From the UHGV virus genome UHGV-0214457: a stretch of DNA of 44,781 nucleotides; one strand, 5' to 3'. The notes under the pieces are model-generated. The model worked only from the letters and a program-made list of their open reading frames with translations. It ran no database searches and had not been told where the DNA came from. A program made the translations under genes and the position numbers. The DNA comes from a virus. This document shows, piece after piece, positions 7,578 to 15,925 of the stretch (position 1 is its first letter; the number at the start of each line of letters is the position of its first letter).

Positions 7578-8315
7578 TTACTGATTTCTTCCATTTTCCC
7601 TCCTTAAAAACTTGTTGATAAAATACTGCTGACCTTTTCCAGTAACTTTGGTGGTCTTGTTTATTCTTACGGAGCCATCAGGATTATTCACTGTACTTTC
7701 CTTCACCTCAAACAATCCTGCCTCCATACTGCGTTGTGTTGGCATATTCCATTCAGAACCATTCCGTTTAATCAGATAGCCATTATCTCTCAACCAAGAA
7801 AATAACCTTTTCTGTCCGATATCTACGCCGTTTTGTTTAATCAGCTTCGCCAAGTCACCAATAAGGATTGATGTATGACTAGTTGCCACAGCATCGGCAA
7901 ATATCTCTTTAGGCTTCATGCGTTGTACATCCTCTAAGAGTACAGTGTTTTGTGATTTTAGTTTGTCAATGGTCTTTCCAGCCATTTTCAAAGCCCTAGC
8001 CATGACCTGTTCCGGTGTATTCCATGCTTTCTCTAAGTCAAGGAAATACTGGCGGTACTGTCTGCCTTTTTCGGAACGTTGTATCATACAAATCTGTTTT
8101 GCCATGTCTACGGAAATCTCAAAATCTGTTGCCGGCCTACCTCCTGTACTTTCTTCCATTTTTGGAAAAAAGTCTTTTTCAGCTTCAAAACCATACTCAC
8201 ACATACGGTCAAACCATGTCGTGAAGTTGCTCTTAATTTCCAGTCCCTCATGCAACTCTCTTGCCGATACTGTCGGCTGTTCAGCATCGTAATTGATTTT
8301 TATAATTTCTTCCAT
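7578..8315 (-). CDS. phage antirepressor (AntA-like N-terminal domain, KilAC/ORF6C C-terminal domain)
   Basis: N-terminal ELHEGLEIKSNFTTWFDRMCEYGF, C-terminal AVATSHTSILIGDLAKLIKQNGVDIGQKRLFSWLRDNGYL. Confidence 0.7.
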   Translation of the reverse strand: MEEIIKINYDAEQPTVSARELHEGLEIKSNFTTWFDRMCEYGFEAEKDFFPKMEESTGGRPATDFEISVDMAKQICMIQRSEKGRQYRQYFLDLEKAWNTPEQVMARALKMAGKTIDKLKSQNTVLLEDVQRMKPKEIFADAVATSHTSILIGDLAKLIKQNGVDIGQKRLFSWLRDNGYLIKRNGSEWNMPTQRSMEAGLFEVKESTVNNPDGSVRINKTTKVTGKGQQYFINKFLRRENGRNQ

Positions 8316-8328
8316 TAAACCTCCTACG

Positions 8329-8511
8329 CTAAGAAATTAGCTTGTCAATTTTAACTTTTAAATAATCTGCAACTTTCTTTACCTTACTCACTCCCGGGTC
8401 CGTATCATTCCATTTGCAAATACTTCCTCTGGAAAAACCTAATTCACTTTCCATTCTAGTTATAGAAATCTTCCTTTTGTCGCATATTTCCTTGACGTTG
8501 TTATAAATCAA
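8329..8511 (-). CDS. Cro-like HTH (XRE family) regulator
   Basis: ISITRMESELGFSRGSICKW helix-turn-helix; divergent from the cI-like gene; TTG start. Confidence 0.6.
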   Translation of the reverse strand: MIYNNVKEICDKRKISITRMESELGFSRGSICKWNDTDPGVSKVKKVADYLKVKIDKLIS

Positions 8512-8555
8512 ATAAATCCATCCTCCTTTCTGCTGAAAATATTACGCATTATGTA

Positions 8556-8584
8556 TTGACATTAGGTTGAAAATATTCTATAAT
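8556..8584 (+). promoter_or_regulatory. consensus sigma-A promoter TTGACA-17-TATAAT facing the cI-like gene
   Basis: read directly. Confidence 0.45.
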
Positions 8585-8632
8585 TTGAATTACCACAAAC
8601 AAACTAAATACTATTTTCAACGGCATATTGTC

Positions 8633-8714
8633 TTTGCGTATTTTTTTCAACGTCATAATTATATTATACGTTATATTTTCAATATGTCAATAGTATTTGC
8701 GTATTTTTTTCAAC
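8633..8714. promoter_or_regulatory. two copies of the 19-bp TTTGCGTATTTTTTTCAAC plus related TATTTTCAA half-sites in the cro/cI intergenic region (candidate operators)
   Basis: read directly at 8633-8651 and 8696-8714. Confidence 0.45.
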
Positions 8715-8738
8715 TTTTATTAGAAAGGACGAATATAC

Positions 8739-9110
8739 GTGATTACTTATCAAGATATCAAAAGATTATGTAAGGAAAAGGGAGTAACTGTCACTGGAGC
8801 CGAAAAGGCTTTAGGGTTTGCTAAGGGGTCTTTATGCAAAATAGAAACAAGTAAACCCAGTATGGAAAGAGTCAAAAAGATATCAGATTACTTTAATATT
8901 CCAATAACTGATTTTTATGATAAGGAGGTAAAAGAACGAAATAAATATTACATCAATGAGGAAACTGCTGCTATTGCCCAGGATATTTTTGAAAATAAGG
9001 AGTTGAGATTATTATTTGATGCTGCTAAAGATGCAGAGCCGGAAGATTTAGAAACTGTTCATAGTATGCTTTTAGCTTTGAAAAGAAAGGAACGAGGCAA
9101 TGTCGATTGA
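8739..9110 (+). CDS. cI-like HTH (XRE family) repressor without an S24 peptidase domain
   Basis: GTG start with AAAGGA RBS; AEKALGFAKGSLCKIE helix-turn-helix. Confidence 0.65.
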   Translation: MITYQDIKRLCKEKGVTVTGAEKALGFAKGSLCKIETSKPSMERVKKISDYFNIPITDFYDKEVKERNKYYINEETAAIAQDIFENKELRLLFDAAKDAEPEDLETVHSMLLALKRKERGNVD

Positions 9111-9330
9111 CTACAACGTCCAATTGATTAGCTTTCCATCTGGAAAAGTACATGAAGCCGTAACGCCTAATGAGGATGGAACCGTTACTATATTTTTAGA
9201 TAAAAATGCAACCAGAGAATCTCAAAGACAGAGGTTCTGGCATGTTATGAGGCACTTAGAGGGAAATGATTTTGAAAAAGATGATGTACAAGATATTGAG
9301 TCTGATGCACATTACGGAGGATGTTCATGA
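9100..9330 (+). CDS. small protein with a degenerate ImmA/IrrE-like motif (RFWHVMRHL)
   Basis: position immediately after the repressor; HVMRH where ImmA/IrrE has HEXXH. Confidence 0.3.
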   Translation: MSIDYNVQLISFPSGKVHEAVTPNEDGTVTIFLDKNATRESQRQRFWHVMRHLEGNDFEKDDVQDIESDAHYGGCS

Positions 9331-10022
9331 GCATTAAGGGCGCTTCGCAAGAGTTATTTGTAGGAAAAAAGGATTCTAAAATTATAGACTTGTTTGGAAA
9401 TTCTACAAAAATTTCTTACTCAGATTTAAAAAAAATTGAGTATTGCTATTTTCAAATTGGCGTAGGTGGTGGATATCTGGATTTTGTTTATGATTCAAAT
9501 AATGTAAAACGTTTTGACTTTAATCATAAAGCAAATGATAAAATAAGAAGAACTATTGAACTAATACAAGAAAATAATCCAGAATTAGAAATTATTGAAC
9601 ATTCTACTGAAGATTATAAATTCTATCAAAAGGATTGGTTTTATCTTCTAATGCTTTTTATTTGTTGTATGCCTTTAGGTTTGTTTTTAATGTGGTATTA
9701 CAAAAAAGGCACAAAATCAATGCGAATTATACTTACGGTTTTATTTATAACTTTATGGGGCATTGGGATATTTTCATCATGGCCACGCACTTACAGTTAT
9801 CACATAACACTGAATGAATATAATCAATGTACTACTGGAATGACATACCAAGAATGTGTAAATATAATTGGTGGAGAAGGAGAACCTATGGCAGAAACTA
9901 ATATTTTAGACATTAATTCTACCGCATACATATGGTATGGAGATGATTCATCAGGAGCTAATGCAACGATGTATTTTACAAATGGAAAATTGACTTCAAA
10001 AGCCCAATTTGGTTTGAAATAA
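9321..10022 (+). CDS. membrane protein: N-terminal cytoplasmic bPH-like domain, 2 TM, C-terminal extracytoplasmic BLIP-like domain (lysogeny-module accessory)
   Basis: TM segments WFYLLMLFICCMPLGLFLMWYY and ILTVLFITLWGIGIFSSW; C-terminal GMTYQECVNIIGGEGEP...YIWYGD...MYFTNGKLTSKAQ. Confidence 0.5.
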   Translation: MFMSIKGASQELFVGKKDSKIIDLFGNSTKISYSDLKKIEYCYFQIGVGGGYLDFVYDSNNVKRFDFNHKANDKIRRTIELIQENNPELEIIEHSTEDYKFYQKDWFYLLMLFICCMPLGLFLMWYYKKGTKSMRIILTVLFITLWGIGIFSSWPRTYSYHITLNEYNQCTTGMTYQECVNIIGGEGEPMAETNILDINSTAYIWYGDDSSGANATMYFTNGKLTSKAQFGLK

Positions 10023-10170
10023 GTAAAAACCGGCCCCTGCGCCAACAGGAACCGGCCTACATACCCGAAGATATGCACTATAATTCGCACCTATATTGTA
10101 CCATCTTCGGGGCGGCTTTGCAAGATATTTGCGGAGCTGTATTTTTTATACCTATTTTTAGGAAAATCAA

Positions 10171-11259
10171 TTGAAGGAGGAAAGAGAAGTGACTACAAAA
10201 GCCCCGAAAAAGAAAAAAGGAGAACTACCATCCAAAAATATCCGCGTACAATTATACTTATATACGGATGAAAAAGGTAAACGACATTACAAAAGTTTTG
10301 TTGCCCCATCACGAAAAATCGCACAAGAAATGGCAGCTAGATGGAAATTAGATATGAAGGACAAGCCCATAGAACAATACAACGTACCGGAAGAGGACGA
10401 AGAAGATATTACAGTTAATGATGCTATTGAACGCTATTTAAGCGCCAAGAGCGGTGTTTTAAGCCCTTCTACGCTTAGAGGGTACACTGGTCTACAAAGA
10501 CAGTATTTCGGCGGCGCATTTGGCCAAAAAAAGCTTTCTGAACTGACAAGTCCAGCTGTACAAATATGGGTAAGTAATTTAGCTGCAAAAAAATTATCTC
10601 CAAAGACGGTGAGAAATGCCTATGGTCTGTTATCTCCAACGCTGGAAATGTTTGCACCCGAATTAACTTTAAACGTTAAACTGCCGCAGAAAAAACGTCC
10701 TAACTTATATTGCCCAAATGACAATGATATTAAAAAGTTGCTGGACGCTATTAAAGGCACTGATTTGGAGATAGCTGTATTACTGGCTGCGTTTGGTCCA
10801 CTTAGGAGAGGGGAGATAAGCGCTCTAACCGATAAGGACGTGGATGGAAAAATTATCCATGTAAGAGATAATATGGTCAAGGGGCCAGACAATCAATGGT
10901 ACATCAAACAGCCAAAGACGGATGATAGTACACGGGATGTAGAAATGCCAGCATTTGTAATTGACCGGATATCTGAAAAAAAAGGAAAGCTGGTTGATAT
11001 GAACCCGGATTACATCACACACCGATTCGGGCGAGTACTCAAAAAGATTGACATACCCCATTTCCGCTTTCACGACCTACGGCATTATGCCGCATCCATT
11101 ATGCACGCTATAGGGATACCGGACCAATATATTTTGCAGCGGGGAGGATGGGCCAGCGATAATATTATGAAAACCGTATACAGAAATGCAATTGACTCTG
11201 AAACCGTCCGGCAAAATAAAAAAATTAATAAGCACTTTGAAAAATTGAACAGTATGTAA
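10171..11259 (+). CDS. int: tyrosine integrase (phage integrase family); probable GTG start at 10189
   Basis: C-terminal catalytic motifs HDLRHYAAS...LQRGGWAS...VYRNA; N-terminal SAM/AP2-like domain; AGGAGG RBS before GTG at 10189. Confidence 0.85.
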   Translation: MKEEREVTTKAPKKKKGELPSKNIRVQLYLYTDEKGKRHYKSFVAPSRKIAQEMAARWKLDMKDKPIEQYNVPEEDEEDITVNDAIERYLSAKSGVLSPSTLRGYTGLQRQYFGGAFGQKKLSELTSPAVQIWVSNLAAKKLSPKTVRNAYGLLSPTLEMFAPELTLNVKLPQKKRPNLYCPNDNDIKKLLDAIKGTDLEIAVLLAAFGPLRRGEISALTDKDVDGKIIHVRDNMVKGPDNQWYIKQPKTDDSTRDVEMPAFVIDRISEKKGKLVDMNPDYITHRFGRVLKKIDIPHFRFHDLRHYAASIMHAIGIPDQYILQRGGWASDNIMKTVYRNAIDSETVRQNKKINKHFEKLNSM

Positions 11260-11276
11260 TAAAACGGCATATTTTT

Positions 11277-11496
11277 CGTGTTGCATCGTGTTGCATATAT
11301 CATAAAAATTATAGTATATTCCTCCGTGATAAGCAGAGGAAGTGATGTTTAAAAACATGAAAAAACCTTGTAAATACGTTGTTTTTCCCGTATCTACAAG
11401 GTTTTATGGAAAAGCTGCTGACGGGAATCGGACCCGTAAAATACAACGGTTTTATGCGGTTTCCAGGCTCCGTGTTGCATATCGTGTTGCATATTT
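11277..11496. repeat. attP-like region: two tandem pairs of CGTGTTGCAT(AT) direct repeats (11277-11300 and 11471-11494) flanking inverted repeats (AAACCTTGTA/TACAAGGTTT at 11363-11404) and a T-arm-like hairpin (11421-11437)
   Basis: read directly; located between the convergent int and endolysin genes. Confidence 0.45.
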
Positions 11497-11547
11497 CCGA
11501 AGATGGTATACTATTTATAGAAGCGTCAGTGTAAAAATCTGGCGCTT

Positions 11548-12333
11548 TTATATTGAATTAGAATCCTCTATGTACCAGATTTGCTGGGCGCCATTATCCT
11601 GGCTATGCCAGCAGGCTCCCTCCAGCAGTCCATTCGGTGTCGGGTCGAAATAGTACCAGTCTCCTGAGCCGTCCTCCGGGTCGCACACGGTGCCATTCCA
11701 GCGGTGCCAGCTGGTGCAGGCATAACCATCCTTATTAAATAAGTACCAATGGTGATTTATGACACACCACTTATTAGCCGGGTAAGTTCCATCTGGTCTG
11801 CGGTACCACCAACCATTATTATCCTTAATCCACCCAGTGCGCTCCTGCTCAGTCCAGGTTTTCATGAATTGTTCTGGATTTTGGTACAATTTCTTGATAC
11901 CACTGGTGGAGCTGCCCCAATCAGGAAGTTGAAAATGTGGCTTGTCCACAGGAGACTTCCAGTTTCCTCCCCATTCAAGACCGATAGATACGCCAATAGC
12001 ACCTACACGGTTAAAGAAGCCGCCTATTTCGTTATAGGCTCCAGCGCCATCATTGCGGAATATATCAAAAGCCGTTCCCCATTGATGATAGGAGCTGTAG
12101 CTGCTGCCAGGAGCATTAGTTACAATGTTACCCGGTTTAGTCCTACCCTGAGCGTATAAAGCATCCTGTTCTGCCACGGTCCGCAGTGTCTCACCTATTT
12201 TAATTTTTAATCCCTGTTTATTGCATTCGTCCACCAATTGACCTGCTAAAAGCTGTAAGCGTGGATGGCACAATGTGATATCTCTCATAATCATCCTCCA
12301 ATTATGCTGTTTTTCTGCTGCTCTGTAATCCAT
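11548..12333 (-). CDS. endolysin: peptidase M15 (VanY/L-Ala-D-Glu peptidase-like) plus C-terminal cell-wall-binding repeats
   Basis: HQWGTAFDI...PHF zinc-peptidase motifs; C-terminal Trp/Tyr-rich repeats GWIKDNNGWWYRRPDGTY...HHWYLFNKDGY. Confidence 0.75.
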   Translation of the reverse strand: MDYRAAEKQHNWRMIMRDITLCHPRLQLLAGQLVDECNKQGLKIKIGETLRTVAEQDALYAQGRTKPGNIVTNAPGSSYSSYHQWGTAFDIFRNDGAGAYNEIGGFFNRVGAIGVSIGLEWGGNWKSPVDKPHFQLPDWGSSTSGIKKLYQNPEQFMKTWTEQERTGWIKDNNGWWYRRPDGTYPANKWCVINHHWYLFNKDGYACTSWHRWNGTVCDPEDGSGDWYYFDPTPNGLLEGACWHSQDNGAQQIWYIEDSNSI

Positions 12334-12417
12334 CCAATTGACACAGCCCGGTTGAGTTCGGAAAGCGTTAATGGCCCTTTACCATTGTTATATAGCCTTT
12401 TTAATGTTGTATACATA

Positions 12418-12831
12418 TTACACCTCCAACTGACTTAAAATCATTGCATCCACTGTATCTTGCAAGGTCTGTACTGTATCCCGGATATCTGGCCTACGAA
12501 GTTTAACTACCATAACGGTATCCTTCACTTCCTTGGTTTCATAATTCGGCGCTTCTTCGGTTCCGGTATTTACTGTTTCATAGGATATGGCATAATCCAT
12601 TTTCTTTTGCATCTCCACCAACCGGGTAAATCCTGTTTTTACTTCCATCGGCTGACCATTCAAACCAAGTATGTAAATTTTTTCTGTGTTTGTCGCATTG
12701 AATTCTACTTCTACTGTTTCAAAACTGTCTAGGCCGGGAAGAAACGAAAGGGTTAGGTAATCTCCTGATTCTTCCACCCCGTTTGTTATTAAGTCGTATT
12801 TTGTGTTGTTTGATAGTTTTAATTGGTTCAT
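12418..12831 (-). CDS. hypothetical protein (137 aa, no TM)
   Basis: ORF between the endolysin and tail-fiber genes. Confidence 0.4.
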   Translation of the reverse strand: MNQLKLSNNTKYDLITNGVEESGDYLTLSFLPGLDSFETVEVEFNATNTEKIYILGLNGQPMEVKTGFTRLVEMQKKMDYAISYETVNTGTEEAPNYETKEVKDTVMVVKLRRPDIRDTVQTLQDTVDAMILSQLEV

Positions 12832-12871
12832 TTTACTCCTTTCATGGGTATGTTTTTATATTATAAAATAG

Positions 12872-13165
12872 CAATTTACCATACATAGACACCAGCAAAA
12901 AAATTAAAGATGGGTTTGCTAACGGTACAAGTTGGGCAGCTACAGAGGATTGTATAGTTTGTGGTTCCATTGGTTTTAACATCTCAGCTCAGGGTTGTAA
13001 TGTACTTATAAATGGGATAAATATTTTTTGGGTCAATAATGATGTCACAGTCAATTCGTCAATGCCTATATGGTTTTCTGTGCGTAAAGGTGATACCGTA
13101 CGATTTATTGGTTATAACAGTCAAGTTCCAAACCTTACGAACCTATATGCCTTCAGCACAAAATG
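12872..13165 (+). pseudogene. 97-codon plus-strand open frame with no start codon (...DGFANGTSWAATEDCIVCGSIGFNISAQGCNVLINGINIFWVNNDVTVNSSMPIWFSVRKGDTVRFIGYNSQVPNLTNLYAFSTK*)
   Basis: an ATG at 12909 lies in the +1 frame just after an A7 run; possible frameshifted moron gene. Confidence 0.3.
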
Positions 13166-13169
13166 ATTA

Positions 13170-13658
13170 TTATGATGGCTTATTAAATTTCCAAACCTGC
13201 TTCCAGTTTCGTCCGTCATAAAAATCATACCAGATACCGGTGTTGTTAAATGCGATTGACGCAATCTCACCGTTATCATAATATAGCTGGAATGCCCGGT
13301 CAGTTCGGTCAGAATACACGGCTGTAAAACCATTAATGTTCTTGACGCCGTTTAAAGTCACCTTTGCATTAGTTTTTGCTAAATTGCTATTTGCAGTAGC
13401 AATATCATCCGTATTTTTTGTGATTGCTTGCTGCATCGAATAGACCAGCGAAGATGACGGAACTGTGGTTTGTGAATTTGTTTGAACGGTTGAAATTAAT
13501 GCTTTTAGTGTATCAATTATTTCATTAGCTTTTTCAACAGTTTCTTCCAGTTTATTTTCTGTTTTATTAAGATGTTCAGCATCAATATCCGGTTCAGAAT
13601 TATTTACATAATTAGTTGGATTATAGTTGTCCATTTTTTCTAAATCATTTATTGCCAT
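13170..13658 (-). CDS. tail fiber / receptor-binding tip protein (coiled coil plus C-terminal beta domain)
   Basis: position and composition. Confidence 0.45.
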   Translation of the reverse strand: MAINDLEKMDNYNPTNYVNNSEPDIDAEHLNKTENKLEETVEKANEIIDTLKALISTVQTNSQTTVPSSSLVYSMQQAITKNTDDIATANSNLAKTNAKVTLNGVKNINGFTAVYSDRTDRAFQLYYDNGEIASIAFNNTGIWYDFYDGRNWKQVWKFNKPS

Positions 13659-13667
13659 GCTCTCCTC

Positions 13668-14603
13668 CTATATGCTGCATTTTAATTCCCTTAATGTCAT
13701 ATTGACAACTGATGTACTTGCTGTAGTGCGCATAAAAAGTGATATATATATAAATCGTGTTCCAGTAATATTGGATACATCAAAACTATTCGTTTTTAAA
13801 TTGCCTGATGTATTTGGTATTTCTCTCCTCCAATAATCTCCTAGTCCATCATTATAATCCTTTCCAGAGCCACTAGAATCTCTCATATATATATAATCAC
13901 TAACATATCCAGTAGCCAGCACCATTTCACAACCACCAGATGCATTGGCGAGGGAATATTTTAACGTTATTCGATTGATATTATCAAAATTGAGAGGAAC
14001 ATTAAATACAATTGCTGTTGTTACATAATCTGTGCTAAGAGGATTCTCAAGATGAATGTTATCCCGGCCAAATGTCACGTCCCCTTTGTAGTACGCTCCT
14101 CCTTTGCGCCCAAAGGAAGGAAACGAGCTTATTGATTGTCCTGGAGCAAACACACCATTGTAATATGGCGTATATGGGTCGTCATTTTCATATCCTTCGT
14201 AAGTTCCTACAATAGTTGTATCTCCTACCCTAATGACTACATTCTTTTTTATATTTGATGCAATAAGATTCGGTAGTCTTTCAACAAAAACATCGCCTGA
14301 CATATATTTACCAGCTGTATCTACTGTTTGCAAATCCGCGCTTGGAACAACGTACTGATTACCTAGTGTAGGTATATTTTGTGTTACTGTACTACCAGCT
14401 TCATAAAACCCTTCTCCTAAAGATAACGTCTGATTTAATTGTAGTTCATGCTTTTCAGGTTGTATAATCGGCATTGTTCCAATTTGTTCATCATCGCTTC
14501 CACGACCTAAAAATATTTTTCCTGCCTTTACGCTCGATTGAAGGGCAGTTAAATCACTTGTATCTGCATTAGCTCCATTCTTTTTAATTATGCAATCAGC
14601 CAT
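13668..14603 (-). CDS. tail fiber / receptor-binding protein
   Basis: N-terminus paralogous to 14606..15010 (MADCIIKKNG..IGTMP vs MAECILYNGG..EGTMP). Confidence 0.5.
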   Translation of the reverse strand: MADCIIKKNGANADTSDLTALQSSVKAGKIFLGRGSDDEQIGTMPIIQPEKHELQLNQTLSLGEGFYEAGSTVTQNIPTLGNQYVVPSADLQTVDTAGKYMSGDVFVERLPNLIASNIKKNVVIRVGDTTIVGTYEGYENDDPYTPYYNGVFAPGQSISSFPSFGRKGGAYYKGDVTFGRDNIHLENPLSTDYVTTAIVFNVPLNFDNINRITLKYSLANASGGCEMVLATGYVSDYIYMRDSSGSGKDYNDGLGDYWRREIPNTSGNLKTNSFDVSNITGTRFIYISLFMRTTASTSVVNMTLRELKCSI

Positions 14604-14605
14604 TT

Positions 14606-15010
14606 TTAATCAACCCATCCCTCAAATGTCCCAATATATGGACCTATTTTAACTCCCTTTTTTATCACAGCGCTTGAAATCCCCGATATCCCACCAATAA
14701 AAACATTGCCGGTCATATATGTTCCTTTAACTCCAGCCGTTGTTCCATTGATGGAAGGGTCAACGTATTGTGCTCCCAATGTTGGAATATCTTGTTTTAA
14801 TGTTATTGAAACAAAATACCCTTCTGGAATAGAAAACTTTCCGTTAATGGGAAAATCATGTTCCACATTGTAATAAGTAGGCATAGTTCCTTCTTGTGTA
14901 TTTTCTGTTCCTGCACCAATAAAAGTTTGTCCATATTTGACATCTTCTGGTTTTGCAGTGAGATAATCATTATTAAACATACCGCCGTTATATAGTATAC
15001 ATTCTGCCAT
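14606..15010 (-). CDS. tail fiber-associated protein (N-terminal domain paralog of 13668..14603)
   Basis: shared N-terminal ~55 aa. Confidence 0.45.
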   Translation of the reverse strand: MAECILYNGGMFNNDYLTAKPEDVKYGQTFIGAGTENTQEGTMPTYYNVEHDFPINGKFSIPEGYFVSITLKQDIPTLGAQYVDPSINGTTAGVKGTYMTGNVFIGGISGISSAVIKKGVKIGPYIGTFEGWVD

Positions 15011-15011
15011 A

Positions 15012-15488
15012 CTAGTTCCCCGCCCCTTTTACAAGAATTTGAAAATCAGTTGATGGCTTAGAGCCATAGCAATATAATGTGACAATTCCATTTCCGCTCT
15101 CAGCACTATCGACATATCCAAAAGCCTTTTTTCTCTCTCTGGCTACGCTTGCGCTTGGTTTATCCCCTAAATATGGACCACCAATAATAAGCCCAATGTC
15201 CTCTTTAGCTCCCGGGACACCAACTGTCTGTGAATAGGGGACAGATGTGCTCCAATTTGCCGAAGGAACCATAATTTTTTTTATACCTTTGATATCTTGG
15301 ATTTCTGAGTTGTTTTGTAATACAGCCTTATTGGTTTCGTTAATGTCATCAGCCGAAAAAATGTCTCCTATTTCCTGATACTCTGTTTTATCTTCAAGCG
15401 TTGTTAGGCCGGTTGACGTATCTGTGGTCATCTTATATTTTCGTAATCCAGAAAATTTGTCATTTTTAAAATTTGTTTTTAAATTCAT
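15012..15488 (-). CDS. tail/baseplate structural protein
   Basis: position. Confidence 0.4.
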   Translation of the reverse strand: MNLKTNFKNDKFSGLRKYKMTTDTSTGLTTLEDKTEYQEIGDIFSADDINETNKAVLQNNSEIQDIKGIKKIMVPSANWSTSVPYSQTVGVPGAKEDIGLIIGGPYLGDKPSASVARERKKAFGYVDSAESGNGIVTLYCYGSKPSTDFQILVKGAGN

Positions 15489-15925
15489 AGCTTAATACCT
15501 CTGTTTCCTAGAACTTTGGTTCCCAATTTAAACGACAAATGCTGAGGACCAGGATAGGACTTTTCAATCAAATTACCTAAATCATAAATGATTTTTTCTA
15601 TGGCATTGGCCTGATAAATTGATGTGTATGTTATCTTATCTGGGGTAAGGGGAGTGCTATCGCCTGTATAGTACGCGTTTCTTATTGCAACTATATTTTT
15701 TCTTAGACGTTCCATTTCTTTATCCGTCCTATGGTCCTCAGGTTTCCAATTCAGCTTGTTGTTTGTCGTATTTCTATATCCATACTGGTTGAGAACATAA
15801 GATACCCATTTAATCGCCTGTTCGATTCGGTTTAGGTCTTTATAATCAATGTAAGCTTTGTCAGTTAATTCTATTATGTCTGACTGCGTACGGTCAAAAA
15901 TAAGAGATTCTAAATACTTACTCAT
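15485..15925 (-). CDS. tail/baseplate structural protein
   Basis: position; translationally coupled. Confidence 0.4.
   Translation of the reverse strand: MSKYLESLIFDRTQSDIIELTDKAYIDYKDLNRIEQAIKWVSYVLNQYGYRNTTNNKLNWKPEDHRTDKEMERLRKNIVAIRNAYYTGDSTPLTPDKITYTSIYQANAIEKIIYDLGNLIEKSYPGPQHLSFKLGTKVLGNRGIKL

Noticed and set aside
7439-8738. LexA/Cheo box (GAAC-N4-GTTC) near the antirepressor or the genetic switch
   Set aside because: Scanned by eye and none found. SOS regulation through the host LexA is therefore unsupported.
11421-11437. T-arm-like hairpin in attP as a bona fide tRNA 3' remnant
   Set aside because: The loop TCCGATT has C where the near-invariant T55 should be. It is kept only as a hint for the attB search.
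11342-11653. Plus-strand 103-aa ORF in the att region
   Set aside because: It spans the repeat-rich noncoding attP and the antisense of the endolysin, with a junk-like translation.
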